From an uncultured Lachnospiraceae bacterium (GTDB lineage Bacteria > Bacillota > Clostridia > Lachnospirales > Lachnospiraceae), in NCBI GenBank assembly GCA_900316855.1, contig ONEK01000002.1, positions 45,788 to 109,787 of the forward strand: a stretch of 64,000 nucleotides of DNA, in the 5' to 3' direction. Below the pieces are notes generated by a model that was given only the letters and a program-made list of their open reading frames with translations, searched no databases and had not been told where the DNA came from. This document shows, piece after piece, positions 1 through 9,773 of the stretch (position 1 is the first letter of the stretch; the number at the start of each line of letters is the position of its first letter). The position numbers and the translations under genes are program-made.

Positions 1-1200
1 CTGCAGCCGGCGGGAGACCGCGCGGTTGCGGTGAGCGGCCTGGCAGGAGAGCAGGCACGGACGAATCACACCGCGCTGCTTGCAGCGATCCGGGGCATGA
101 AGAGCACGGAGGAGCTTTCCACCTCAGGTCTTCTTGGGAAAGACTGGCCGGGATGTTATCTTAACGCGAATCTGGATTCAGCATATGGACTGAATGAATT
201 CATGCTGACCAGCCAGTCGCTTGCGCTGGAAACCCAGCAGGCTCTCGTCCGCTCCCTTTTCCTCATCATGCTGTTGATGCTGGTCCTGACGAGCTTTCTG
301 GCGGCCATACTTTCCAGCCGGATCGCACGTCCGCTCGAGCAGATGCGCGACACCATTGTCCGGATCAAGGGAGGTGAAACGGCGCTCAGGGTCAGTCCGG
401 CCGGCTGGAGTGAGGAGCTGGAGCTTCTGGGCACGGAGTTCAATGACATGCTTGACCGGATCCAGAACATGATCAAACAGGAGTATGAGGCGCGGCTCCT
501 GGTGGAGCGGACGGAATACAAGGCACTGCAGGCGCAGATCAATCCCCATTTCCTGTACAATACGCTGGACACCATGGCAGGTATCGCAAACGCGCAGGAC
601 TGTGTTCTCGTGAGCGGGCTGTGTCAGTCGCTGTCCGCTATTTTCCGGTACAGCCTTGATATCTCGGATGATCTGTCCACGATGCAGAAGGAGATGGCGC
701 ATGTGCGCAACTATCTGTACGTTATGGATGTACGAAACGGGAACTCTGTCCGCTACGAATTCGAAATTGCGCCGGACACCCTGCAGGATGCCGTGCCCAG
801 AATTACGATACAGCCGATTGTGGAAAACGCTCTCTCCCATGGTCTGCGCAGCAGCAGGCGCAAAGACAAATGCCTGCGGATTTCTGCCGTGCACGGGACC
901 AATCCCCTGGTCCGGGAAACGGGAGGAACCGGCCCCTGTCCGCCGGCAGAAAACTGCCTTATTATTACTGTTGAGGACAACGGAATCGGCATGGATGCGC
1001 GCTCCCTCAATGAGGAGCTTGCGCGTGCCGACCTGCACAGGGTCGAAATTGGACGATCCATAGGCGTGCTCAACGTGAATGCCAGAATCCGGCAGGCGTT
1101 CGGGCCCTGTTACGGAATCCGTATTGACAGCGTGGAGGGAGAAGGCACGAGGGTATACATTGTCATGCCGGGCAGAAAGGGGGAGCCGTCCACAGAATGA
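1..1200 (+). CDS. YesM/LytS-type sensor histidine kinase (HAMP + His_kinase + HATPase_c), 5'-truncated by the window edge
   Basis: Frame is open from base 1; TM helix, then HAMP (RPLEQM...ELELLGTEFNDML), H-box LQAQINPHFLYNTL, QPIVENALSHG, VEDNGIGM, SIGVLNVNARI. Confidence 0.93.
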   Translation: MQPAGDRAVAVSGLAGEQARTNHTALLAAIRGMKSTEELSTSGLLGKDWPGCYLNANLDSAYGLNEFMLTSQSLALETQQALVRSLFLIMLLMLVLTSFLAAILSSRIARPLEQMRDTIVRIKGGETALRVSPAGWSEELELLGTEFNDMLDRIQNMIKQEYEARLLVERTEYKALQAQINPHFLYNTLDTMAGIANAQDCVLVSGLCQSLSAIFRYSLDISDDLSTMQKEMAHVRNYLYVMDVRNGNSVRYEFEIAPDTLQDAVPRITIQPIVENALSHGLRSSRRKDKCLRISAVHGTNPLVRETGGTGPCPPAENCLIITVEDNGIGMDARSLNEELARADLHRVEIGRSIGVLNVNARIRQAFGPCYGIRIDSVEGEGTRVYIVMPGRKGEPSTE

Positions 1201-2756
1201 GTAACCGATACAGAGTGCTGGCAGCGGACGATGAATACTGGAGCCGCGAAAATATCCGTAAGCTGATTCCCTGGGAGCAGTATTCCATTGACTTCCTGGA
1301 GCCTGCCTGTGACGGGGAGGAGGTTCTGGAACGGATTCCCGCAGATCACCCGGATATTGTTCTGACGGATATCAATATGCCGTTTGTCAGCGGGCTGGAC
1401 CTGCTGCGTCAGATTCACGACCGGTATCCGGAGATTATTACGGTTGCAATCAGCGGCTATGACGATTTTCAGAAGGTGAAAGGTGTCTTCGTGACAGGCG
1501 GCATCGATTATCTCCTGAAGCCGGTCAGCCGGGAGCAGATGGTTGAGACCATCACGAAGGCCATCGGACTCCTGGAAGAGCGCAACAGCCGCAGGCAGCA
1601 GGACATTCGTATGTCATCGTTTATTGAGGACAGCGAGTATTCCTCGCTCCTGAACGGCAAACTTTACCATCCCGGGAGTCAGGCACATGTCCCCAGCACC
1701 GCCGTATTTTCGGAGGTTTCGACGATCCTCGTTAACATCCATGACCTGCGGAGTCTTGCGCAGCAGTTCGGACATGATATACTCCGGATGTCCTATGAGA
1801 TCAAGATACAGCTGCGCAGAGCCGTCCGGGAACCCAGGGCTGTTGTCTTCAACTATTCCGATAAGGCGAATGAGTTTATCATCTTCGCAACCATGGAGGA
1901 CGAAAAACACCTGCTTGATGCGGCAGATCGGATAGCCGACGCGGAAAACCGGCTTTCACCACTGACAGTAGTTGTTCATCCCGAGGCTTCGTCCCTGGAT
2001 GATATCGGAAAGGTCTACCGCGAGATGATTTCCACGCTGGTTCTCAGACCGTTCTGCCGTGACAATGAAATTCTGGTCTGCGGGCATGCGGATCGCGATA
2101 ACGTGCCGCAGGAACCGCAGAGGTTCGAGCAGGAGCTGACGCGCGCGCTGGAAAAGGCAGACGCCGCGGAGGCAAAGAAGCTCATTTTTGACCGGACCGG
2201 CTTCGGCAGATGTATGGAGGATCACTGGAGCCTGTTTGCAGTTACACAGTTCACATCCAGGGTCTGCGGAATCCTCGGGAAGTTCTGCCGGACCGATGAG
2301 TGGGATGAGACGAATGACGAGATCAGCTACGGTATCAGCAGCATAGACGCGGGGAAGGTGCATGACCCCATTGAAAACCTGGTGGATTCGATCTGCGGAC
2401 AGGAAAACCAGGAGCCGGCATTTAACGGGGGCACCATCACGGAGGAGGTAGGACGCGTAAGGGATTACCTGTCCGCCAATTATCCGGAGCACATCACACT
2501 CTCGGAACTCGCGGACCGCTACCATGTCGATCCCAGCTATCTCTCCCGCATCTTCTCACAGACGTTCGGGGAGACCATTACCGCCTATCTGACGAGAATG
2601 CGGGTTGAGGCGTCCATTGCCCTGATGAAGGATTCCTCCCGGAAACTCGAGGCAATCTCATTCGCGGTAGGATATGATGATTATAATTATTTCAGCCGGG
2701 TATTCCGCAAATCTACGGGAGTCAGTCCCAGCGAATACCGGCGCAGACAGTTATAA
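1197..2756 (+). CDS. YesN-type response regulator (receiver + C-terminal AraC HTH)
   Basis: ADDE, LTDINMP (phospho-Asp), DYLLKP; C-terminal LSELADRYHVDPSYLSRIF...VGYDDYNYFSRVFRKSTGVSPSEYR; ATGA overlap with the kinase. Confidence 0.95.
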   Translation: MSNRYRVLAADDEYWSRENIRKLIPWEQYSIDFLEPACDGEEVLERIPADHPDIVLTDINMPFVSGLDLLRQIHDRYPEIITVAISGYDDFQKVKGVFVTGGIDYLLKPVSREQMVETITKAIGLLEERNSRRQQDIRMSSFIEDSEYSSLLNGKLYHPGSQAHVPSTAVFSEVSTILVNIHDLRSLAQQFGHDILRMSYEIKIQLRRAVREPRAVVFNYSDKANEFIIFATMEDEKHLLDAADRIADAENRLSPLTVVVHPEASSLDDIGKVYREMISTLVLRPFCRDNEILVCGHADRDNVPQEPQRFEQELTRALEKADAAEAKKLIFDRTGFGRCMEDHWSLFAVTQFTSRVCGILGKFCRTDEWDETNDEISYGISSIDAGKVHDPIENLVDSICGQENQEPAFNGGTITEEVGRVRDYLSANYPEHITLSELADRYHVDPSYLSRIFSQTFGETITAYLTRMRVEASIALMKDSSRKLEAISFAVGYDDYNYFSRVFRKSTGVSPSEYRRRQL

Positions 2757-2772
2757 ACAACAGGAGGATATT

Positions 2773-3192
2773 ATGCGTATTGAGAGAAAAGGAGCGGTCC
2801 TGGCAGCCCTGGTCCTTACATTGTGCCTTTGTCTCATGACGGGCTGCGGCAGGAAGGATCAGGACGGCGTCGTCAATGTTTTCGATTATGTGGATGTCAC
2901 CTATGATGGCAGCAACGGCTCCGGGAAGGCTGCGGTGAACATTGATTATGACGGTCTGGAGACCGAGATGGTCGGAGGGAAGGACAAGGTTGAGGATCTG
3001 GAGCTGGATGAGCTGACAAAATATATCAACTGTGTGGCTTCCCTCTCGTTCCACGCAGACCCGCTCGACGGTCTGTCCAACGGAGACACGGTTAAGGTGA
3101 CGGTATCATATGATAAGGACGCCGCAGGTGCAGCGGGTGTCACATTTGACACAGAGAGCGAGCGAGAATACAAGGTATCCGGCCTGAAGTAG
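2773..3192 (+). CDS. Lipoprotein of unknown function
   Basis: RBS AGGAGG at 2762-2767 then ATG 2773; basic N-terminus, hydrophobic stretch, lipobox LMTG-C; beta-rich acidic mature part. Confidence 0.8.
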   Translation: MRIERKGAVLAALVLTLCLCLMTGCGRKDQDGVVNVFDYVDVTYDGSNGSGKAAVNIDYDGLETEMVGGKDKVEDLELDELTKYINCVASLSFHADPLDGLSNGDTVKVTVSYDKDAAGAAGVTFDTESEREYKVSGLK

Positions 3193-3210
3193 GACAGACT
3201 GCGAACAACA

Positions 3211-3272
3211 AAAATGTCCTAGAGATTTTTTCAAAAGTGTCCTAACAGGGGAGCCGCGGTTTCCCGCATAAT
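3211..3272 (+). promoter_or_regulatory. Probable activator-dependent promoter with direct repeats (AAAR-TGTCCTA x2)
   Basis: TGTCCTA at 3215 and 3238 (23 bp apart), imperfect palindrome 3248-3265, -10-like CATAAT at 3267-3272, no consensus -35. Confidence 0.45.
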
Positions 3273-3357
3273 GTTCATAACGCAAAGGAGCGGACGCGGA
3301 TGGCGTGTTCCGCAAAGCTACGGTTAATCCGTTCATCATTAGGAGGGTTATGAAATT

Positions 3358-4551
3358 ATGGGACAGAGAATGAAAAAGGTCATTGCTCTGCTGACAGCCG
3401 GTGTAATGTCGGTTGGAATGCTGGCAGGCTGCGGATCTTCCGCACCCGCATCCAGTGACAGCGCAGCAACCACAGCAGCTTCCGAAGCAGGTTCCGCTGC
3501 GGCACCCGGCGACATCACGATCGGTGTTTCCATCTGGAGTTCCACGGATGTACTGGGATCCCAGTGCAAGAAGATCGTTGACAAGGCGGCCAATGCCCTT
3601 GGCGTCAAGACGACATGGGTTGACCAGGGACACGTTTCCGAGCAGGTTACTGCTTCTGTTGAGCAGCTCTGCGCAGCTGGCGTGCAGGGTATCATCATCT
3701 GCAACTCCGCAGATTCCGAGATGACATCTGCAATTCAGACCTGCGATGCCAATAAGGTTTATCTTGCACAGTTCTTCCGTATCATTTCCAAGGAAAACAG
3801 CCCCGAGGTTTATCAGGCTGCCTGTGATTCCCAGTACTATGTAGGCGCTGTTCACGAGGATGAGGTTACGAACGGCTACACGCTTGTAAATCTCCTGCTC
3901 GATCACGGCGACAGGAACATCGGCCTTGAAGCATGGACGGTCGGCGATGCTACATTCCAGCTCAGATGGCAGGGCTATCAGCAGGCCATCGAGGAGTGGA
4001 ACAAGGCTAACCCGAGTGATCAGGCCACGCTTTCCGAGCCGGTTTACGCCAACACTTCCTCCGAGGAAGGTGCGGCAGCAGCAATGTCGCTTTACAACTC
4101 CATCCCCGGAATGGATGCCCTGATTGTTGCAGGCGGCGGCGGAGATCCGCTGGTTGGCTCCATCGGTGCTTTCGCAAATGCCGGACTCACCGGTAAGATC
4201 GATGTTGTTTCGACTGACTTCCTGGATGACCTGGCAGATCAGTTAAAGAGCGGCGGCATGTTCGCTGAGTCCGGCGGACATTTCTGCGATCCTCTGTTTG
4301 CATTCCTGATGGTTTACAACGCTGTCCAGGGCAAATATGTCAAGGATGCAGGTACGTTCGGATTTGAGATCATGTTCCCTTACCTGTATGTATCCTCTCC
4401 GGATGACTACGCTAATTACGAGAAGTATTTCGTAGATGCGGATCCCTACACGGACGAGGAGATCGTCGAGATGGCCGGCTACAGCTTCGATGATCTGAAC
4501 AAGGCTGCTACGAGCCTGTCCATCGACGATGTAATTTCCCGCCACAGCTGA
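3358..4551 (+). CDS. Sugar ABC transporter substrate-binding lipoprotein (CUT2, periplasmic binding protein type 1)
   Basis: Lipobox LAG-C, Ala/Ser linker, type-1 fold motifs (ITIGVSIW, GVQGIIIC); first gene of an ABC operon. Confidence 0.88.
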   Translation: MGQRMKKVIALLTAGVMSVGMLAGCGSSAPASSDSAATTAASEAGSAAAPGDITIGVSIWSSTDVLGSQCKKIVDKAANALGVKTTWVDQGHVSEQVTASVEQLCAAGVQGIIICNSADSEMTSAIQTCDANKVYLAQFFRIISKENSPEVYQAACDSQYYVGAVHEDEVTNGYTLVNLLLDHGDRNIGLEAWTVGDATFQLRWQGYQQAIEEWNKANPSDQATLSEPVYANTSSEEGAAAAMSLYNSIPGMDALIVAGGGGDPLVGSIGAFANAGLTGKIDVVSTDFLDDLADQLKSGGMFAESGGHFCDPLFAFLMVYNAVQGKYVKDAGTFGFEIMFPYLYVSSPDDYANYEKYFVDADPYTDEEIVEMAGYSFDDLNKAATSLSIDDVISRHS

Positions 4552-4601
4552 TTTCGGCCTGCATCTTTCAGACGGATATGTTCTAAAGTAGATCTGGATC
4601 T

Positions 4602-4643
4602 GTGCCGTATTTCCTGCCATCCAGGAGATACGGCACTTCTTTT
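4602..4643 (+). terminator. Intra-operonic stem-loop with U-tract after the binding-protein gene
   Basis: GTGCCGTATTTCCTG / CAGGAGATACGGCAC (15 bp, one G-U pair) followed by TTCTTTT. Confidence 0.7.
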
Positions 4644-4747
4644 ATCACTTTTCGTGACATTCCCCACGCTGGTGCCAGTTTTCAGCTTTTCCTTATTATT
4701 CCATTCCGGTAAGAACAATCAGTTATTCATTTCATTGGAGAATCATT

Positions 4748-5695
4748 ATGAGCGGATTAAAAAAATTCAAACAGAGTCAGTGGTATGGTGTTGTGATTCT
4801 GCTGCTCCTGGTCGTTCTGTTCTGGGCGGTGTTCAAGATTCTGGCTCCCCAGACATTCGGCGACCTGAACAGGATGAGTACCTATCTGAAGTCCGCACTG
4901 ATCTATGCGGTCGGCGGATGCGGCCTGTATTTTATCTGCGTCATGGGCCCCTTCGATTTCAGTATCGGTGCCAACATTGTATTATCCTCCGTTCTGGCGG
5001 TTACCATGAGCCAGCACTTCGGCTATGTCGGGCTGGTCGTTGCCCCGATCCTCTCGGGAACGCTTGTCGGCCTCATCAACGGGATTGTCTATATCAAGCT
5101 TCACATTTCTTCCCTGATCGTAACGTCCGGTCTGGCGCTGATTTATGAGGCGCTGTCCGTGTTCGCCACGAATGGCAAGGAAGCCATCCTCTCGATGGAT
5201 TACCGCGCGTTCGGCGATTATCCGGCCAATCTGATCCTTGCGCTCATCGCGTACCTGATCTGCGCCTTTATTCTTAAATATACGAAAATCGGAACCTACA
5301 CCTATGCAATCGGCAGCAATGAGGTCGTTGCGAAAAACATGGGTGTCAATGTCAATAAATATAAAATCGTTGCCTTCACTCTGTGCGGATTCTTTGTAGG
5401 TCTCCAGAGTATTCTGACGATCAGCTACGGGACGTCCATGACCTCCGCATCCAACATGTCCTCCATGAGCCGGAACTTCACCCCTCTTATGGGAACATTC
5501 TTCGGTCTTGCATTCAAAAATTACGGTCATCCGGTTCTGGCGATTGTCATAGGCGAATTTATCATCCAGCTGATGTTTAACGGGTTCGTTGCGCTCGGCG
5601 CCCCGACAACCGTTCAGAACATTGTCACGGGAATCGCGCTCCTGGCCATCGTAACGCTTACGACTAAGCCGGTGAAGGGCGCAGTAGTGAAGTGA
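4748..5695 (+). CDS. Sugar ABC transporter permease (RbsC/BPD_transp_2)
   Basis: Multiple TM helices; GPFDFSIGA; YAIGSNEVVAKNMGVNV loop. Confidence 0.92.
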   Translation: MSGLKKFKQSQWYGVVILLLLVVLFWAVFKILAPQTFGDLNRMSTYLKSALIYAVGGCGLYFICVMGPFDFSIGANIVLSSVLAVTMSQHFGYVGLVVAPILSGTLVGLINGIVYIKLHISSLIVTSGLALIYEALSVFATNGKEAILSMDYRAFGDYPANLILALIAYLICAFILKYTKIGTYTYAIGSNEVVAKNMGVNVNKYKIVAFTLCGFFVGLQSILTISYGTSMTSASNMSSMSRNFTPLMGTFFGLAFKNYGHPVLAIVIGEFIIQLMFNGFVALGAPTTVQNIVTGIALLAIVTLTTKPVKGAVVK

Positions 5696-5708
5696 GAGAG
5701 GAGAGATC

Positions 5709-7205
5709 ATGAGCGAAGTTCTGTTACATGCGGAAGGAATCGATAAAAACTTCGGCATTACCCATGCCATCGATCATATTACCCTCGACTTCTACAAGGG
5801 CGAAATTCATGCATTGATCGGCGAAAACGGGTCCGGCAAATCTACCTTCACGTCCTGCCTGACCGGGATTTACCAGAAGGATTCCGGAACATTTACCCTC
5901 AATGGCAGACAGATCAACGCACACAATCAGGTGGACGGCAATTATCAGGGCGTTGCGATTGTTGTTCAGGAGCTGGGAACTCTGTCCGGACTGACGGTGG
6001 CGGAAAATATCTTCCTCGGCAAGGAAGATGAGTTTACAAAGCATGGCGTCAAAAATTCCCGTGCAATGAACGCAAAAGCCCAGGAGCTGCTGAACTCCTA
6101 TGGGTTTGACTATATCAAGGCAACCGATCCCATTGACAAATACAATTTCGAGGACCGCAAGCTGATTGAGATTGTGAAGGCGACCCATTTCAAGCCGCAG
6201 GTGCTGGTAGTGGATGAAACGACCACCGCACTGGGCGAGAAGGGACGTAAGGAACTGTTCAGGGTTATGCATTCCATCCGGGATGACGGCAGATGCGTCA
6301 TCTTCATTTCCCATGACCTTGAGGAAGTACTGGAACAGGCGGACAACATCTCGGTTCTGCGCGACGGTGAACTGATCGATACCGTTGCGTCGAAGGATGT
6401 CACAGCCGACGACCTGAAGAAGCTGATGGTCGGGCGTGAAATGAACGGCAAATACTACCGCACGGATTACGGTGAGAGCGTACCGGACGAGGTTGTCCTG
6501 AAGGGCGAGAATCTTTCCGTTCCCGGGGAATTTGAAGGGCTGAACATCGAGCTGCACAAGGGTGAAATCCTGGGCATCGGCGGCCTGTCGGAATGCGGAA
6601 TGCATGAGGTCGGCAAGGCCCTGTTCGGTGCGTCCTTCGACCGGAAGGGAACGGTGACGCTCGAGGACGGAACGCAGATCAATGACATCACCACTGCGAT
6701 CAGCCACAGCATCGCCTATGCGTCGAAGGACCGTGACAACGAGTCACTGGTGCTCAATGATACCATCGAGGACAATATCTGTCTGCCTTCGCTGGAGGAT
6801 CTGAAGAAAAACCATATCCTGCACGCAAAGGACATGCGCTCCTTTGCGACAAAATATGCGGAGCAGATGTCGACGAAGATGGAGGGCGTCACACAGTTCG
6901 TTTCCGCCCTGTCCGGCGGCAACAAGCAGAAGGTTGTTCTCGCCCGCTGGATCGGCAAGGATTCGGATATTGTCATTCTGGACTCCCCTACCAGAGGCAT
7001 TGATGTCAAGGTCAAGGCGGATATCTACCAGATGATGGATGATATGCGCAGAAGCGGCAAATCGATTCTGATGATTTCCGAGGAGATTGCGGAGCTGATG
7101 GGAATGGCGGACCGCATCCTCATTATGAAAGACGGCAGGGTAAACGGCGAATTCCGGAGGAATCCGGACATTAAGGATACCGACCTGATTGCCCGCATGG
7201 TATAG
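5709..7205 (+). CDS. Sugar ABC transporter ATP-binding protein (RbsA/MglA-type, two ABC domains)
   Basis: Walker A GENGSGKS, VVDETT, LSGGNKQKV, ILDSPTRGIDV. Confidence 0.95.
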   Translation: MSEVLLHAEGIDKNFGITHAIDHITLDFYKGEIHALIGENGSGKSTFTSCLTGIYQKDSGTFTLNGRQINAHNQVDGNYQGVAIVVQELGTLSGLTVAENIFLGKEDEFTKHGVKNSRAMNAKAQELLNSYGFDYIKATDPIDKYNFEDRKLIEIVKATHFKPQVLVVDETTTALGEKGRKELFRVMHSIRDDGRCVIFISHDLEEVLEQADNISVLRDGELIDTVASKDVTADDLKKLMVGREMNGKYYRTDYGESVPDEVVLKGENLSVPGEFEGLNIELHKGEILGIGGLSECGMHEVGKALFGASFDRKGTVTLEDGTQINDITTAISHSIAYASKDRDNESLVLNDTIEDNICLPSLEDLKKNHILHAKDMRSFATKYAEQMSTKMEGVTQFVSALSGGNKQKVVLARWIGKDSDIVILDSPTRGIDVKVKADIYQMMDDMRRSGKSILMISEEIAELMGMADRILIMKDGRVNGEFRRNPDIKDTDLIARMV

Positions 7206-7217
7206 GGAGGCAGCGAG

Positions 7218-8174
7218 ATGGCAGAGAAAAAGAAAGAAACAAATATTCCGATTTACCAGAAACCCTGGTTCACCACCGCGATGCCGATCATTGCGTTCGT
7301 ATTTATCTGTGTGCTGTTCGCGATCCTGACACAGGGAAGATTGTTTGCGGGAGGCAATATCAAGCTGCTCCTGTCCCAGTCGTACATGCTGCTGATCGCG
7401 TCGACCGGTGTGTTTATGGTGATGAGCATGGGCGGGCTGGATTTCTCGCAGGGATCCATGCTGGGAGTCTGCTCGGTCGTGATCTGCTTCCTGTCGAAGT
7501 ACAACATCGTACTGGCCGTCCTGGGCGGTGTTGCAGCAGGAGGCTGCATCGGTTTTCTGAACGGCTGGTTCAATGTAAAGCGCAAGATCACGTCGTTCAT
7601 TGTAACCATCTGCATGATGTATCTGTTCCGCGGGGTCGTTGCCTATGCGACAACAAAGTCTCCGGTTTACGGTGCGGCAGATATTACGAAGTACAATAAC
7701 ATTCAGTTTACGCTGACCTACACCGTGATCATCCTGCTGGTGGCGTTCCTGATCTTCCAGTATACCGGGCTTGGAAGCAGACTTAAGGCAATCGGTGCGG
7801 GCGAGACGGCGGCGCGGTACGCGGGTATCCGCGTCGACAGAACGAAAATTCTTGTCTATGTTGCAGCGGGCTGCATCACAGGCCTGGCAGCGTTCATCAA
7901 CTCTGTCAAGGTAGGATCTGTAACTTCTACAGCGGGCAATCAGCTCGAGACTCAGATCATGATTGCCCTGGTGCTGGGCGGTATGCCGGTAAACGGCGGC
8001 GCAAAGGTAAGGTTCTACAATATCATCCTCGGTGTCATGACGTATAAGATTCTCACTGCGGGACTGGTTATGCTGGGCATCTCCACACAGATGCAGCAGC
8101 TTCTCCTCGGAATCATCTTCCTGGTAGAGGTGGCGATCTTCTCCGACCGTAAGACCGGCATGATTGTGAAATAG
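7218..8174 (+). CDS. Sugar ABC transporter permease
   Basis: GGLDFSQGS; KAIGAGETAARYAGIRV; multiple TM helices; RBS GGAGG upstream. Confidence 0.92.
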   Translation: MAEKKKETNIPIYQKPWFTTAMPIIAFVFICVLFAILTQGRLFAGGNIKLLLSQSYMLLIASTGVFMVMSMGGLDFSQGSMLGVCSVVICFLSKYNIVLAVLGGVAAGGCIGFLNGWFNVKRKITSFIVTICMMYLFRGVVAYATTKSPVYGAADITKYNNIQFTLTYTVIILLVAFLIFQYTGLGSRLKAIGAGETAARYAGIRVDRTKILVYVAAGCITGLAAFINSVKVGSVTSTAGNQLETQIMIALVLGGMPVNGGAKVRFYNIILGVMTYKILTAGLVMLGISTQMQQLLLGIIFLVEVAIFSDRKTGMIVK

Positions 8175-8211
8175 GCTGTTCAGGATTCTCTTACCGGAGT
8201 CTGGCAACATC

Positions 8212-8253
8212 GGAACGGACCACAGGGACACAAAACTCCCCGTGGTCCGTTTC
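8212..8253 (+). terminator. Stem-loop at the end of the first ABC operon
   Basis: GGAACGGACCACAGGG / CCCCGTGGTCCGTTTC, 16-bp stem with one mismatch; weak U-tract. Confidence 0.5.
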
Positions 8254-8258
8254 ACCAT

Positions 8259-8287
8259 TTGACACCCCATCTGGCTTTGCCTATGAT
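8259..8287 (+). promoter_or_regulatory. Near-consensus sigma-A promoter
   Basis: TTGACA (8259-8264), 17-bp spacer, TATGAT (8282-8287). Confidence 0.5.
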
Positions 8288-9728
8288 AAGATTTTCCCTT
8301 CGTAAAAAACTGACGACTCTTGTCCTCCTTGCGATCATCCCGCTTTTGGCGATCTCGTTTTATCTGATTTTAGCGCTGAAAAGCTACAGCAATTTCTACA
8401 ATGCGATTGTCCGCAACATGACGGTCGCCAATGGCTACAACCTGAACTTCAAGAATGAAATCGACGAGGCCCTGTACAGACAGGTTTCCGCAGGTGAGCC
8501 TTTTCCGGAATCCGCCGTGCCGGATCCCTATTCGGAAATTGCGGCCCTGCGGTCCGACTTCGCAAGGCTCGAGACCATTACAACGGATGAGAATTCGCGA
8601 AGCTGGCTTGAAACGCTTCTCCGGAATATCGACACCCTTGAGGACCGTGTGGATGACATCCAGCAGAATCTGCTGGAGGGCGGTCACTACACGGACAATA
8701 TCGATATGCTGGAGAACAATATCTATATCCTCACGGAGCTTATCCAGGATGACATCCAGTACTACATCTACTATCAGACGGAGTCTATCGAAAATCTCCA
8801 GACAGCACTGAACAGGAGCCTGCGTACCTTTGTCCTTGCCATGTCGGTGGTACTGGTCCTGGCTGTTGCCCTGCTGGTTACCGTTGAAACGCGGATTCTG
8901 CGCTCCGTTACGTCCTCCGTCGAGGACGTGGACCAGACGGCGCGAAGAATCGCTACCGGTGATTTTTCAGCCAGAAGCAATGTCCAAAGCCATGATGAGC
9001 TGGCAGTACTGGGGCGGAATATCAATGATATGGCCGGAAGCCTTCAGGAAATGGTCGACAGGATCCGTGATGACGAGAAGAGGATGCGCCATGCGGAACT
9101 GAGGCTGCTGCAGGAACAGATCAACCCGCACTTTCTGTACAACACTCTCGATACCATTGTCTGGCTGATCGAGGGAGGCAAGTCCGAAGAAGCCGAGGAC
9201 ATGGTTCTGTCCCTGTCCAATTTCTTCCGGCTCGTGCTGTCCCACGGGAAGGAAATCATCACAATCCGCGAGGAGGAGCAGCATATCCGCAGTTACCTCG
9301 AAATCCAGCAGGTGCGGTACCGGGACATTCTGTCCTATGAAATCAATATCGACCCTTCCATTCATCACTACTGCATTCAGAAGCTCACGCTCCAGCCGAT
9401 TGTTGAGAATGCGCTGTATCATGGAATCAAGGAAAAACGGGACAGGGGAACCATCCGGATTACCGGTACAAGGGAACAGGACAACATCCGGCTTGTGGTG
9501 GAGGATGACGGAGCCGGTATGGAGGAGGAAGAAGTCGACCGGCTGCGGGAGGAGATTCAGAAGCCCTGTAAGGAAACCGGTGCAGGGTTCGGACTTGCCA
9601 ATGTCAATGAACGGATCCGAATGAGGTTCGGTCCTCAGTACGGACTTAAGATCGAATCCCGCAAAGGCGCCGGTACTGTCATTACCATTCTCATTCCGGC
9701 ACAGGAGCCGGTGCAGGAAGAAGCGTAA
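8283..9728 (+). CDS. YesM/LytS-type sensor histidine kinase (2 TM, extracellular sensor, HAMP)
   Basis: TM1 near the N-terminus, TM2 at FVLAMSVVLVLAVALLV, HAMP, LQEQINPHFLYNTL, QPIVENALYHG, GFGLANVNERI; start uncertain (see finding). Confidence 0.92.
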   Translation: MIRFSLRKKLTTLVLLAIIPLLAISFYLILALKSYSNFYNAIVRNMTVANGYNLNFKNEIDEALYRQVSAGEPFPESAVPDPYSEIAALRSDFARLETITTDENSRSWLETLLRNIDTLEDRVDDIQQNLLEGGHYTDNIDMLENNIYILTELIQDDIQYYIYYQTESIENLQTALNRSLRTFVLAMSVVLVLAVALLVTVETRILRSVTSSVEDVDQTARRIATGDFSARSNVQSHDELAVLGRNINDMAGSLQEMVDRIRDDEKRMRHAELRLLQEQINPHFLYNTLDTIVWLIEGGKSEEAEDMVLSLSNFFRLVLSHGKEIITIREEEQHIRSYLEIQQVRYRDILSYEINIDPSIHHYCIQKLTLQPIVENALYHGIKEKRDRGTIRITGTREQDNIRLVVEDDGAGMEEEEVDRLREEIQKPCKETGAGFGLANVNERIRMRFGPQYGLKIESRKGAGTVITILIPAQEPVQEEA

Positions 9729-9773
9729 ATGAATGCACATGGAAACGGTTGTTATCAGGAGAAACTCAAACCT

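Noticed and set aside
3278-3335. c-di-GMP-I riboswitch-like words (GCAAA-hairpin-CGCAAAGCTACGG) in the leader of the first binding-protein gene
   Set aside because: The hairpin loop is GGATG rather than GNRA, there is no tetraloop receptor or complete P2, and no P1 5' strand downstream of the likely TSS. An Rfam search would settle it.
6744-8270. Long antisense ORFs (also 5724-6707, 17747-19069, 26357-27481, 29204-30607, 32544-34088, 35888-38826, 42399-43613, 51069-52223)
   Set aside because: They are shadows of well-supported sense genes, expected from GC-rich codon bias; they show no family motifs or RBS.
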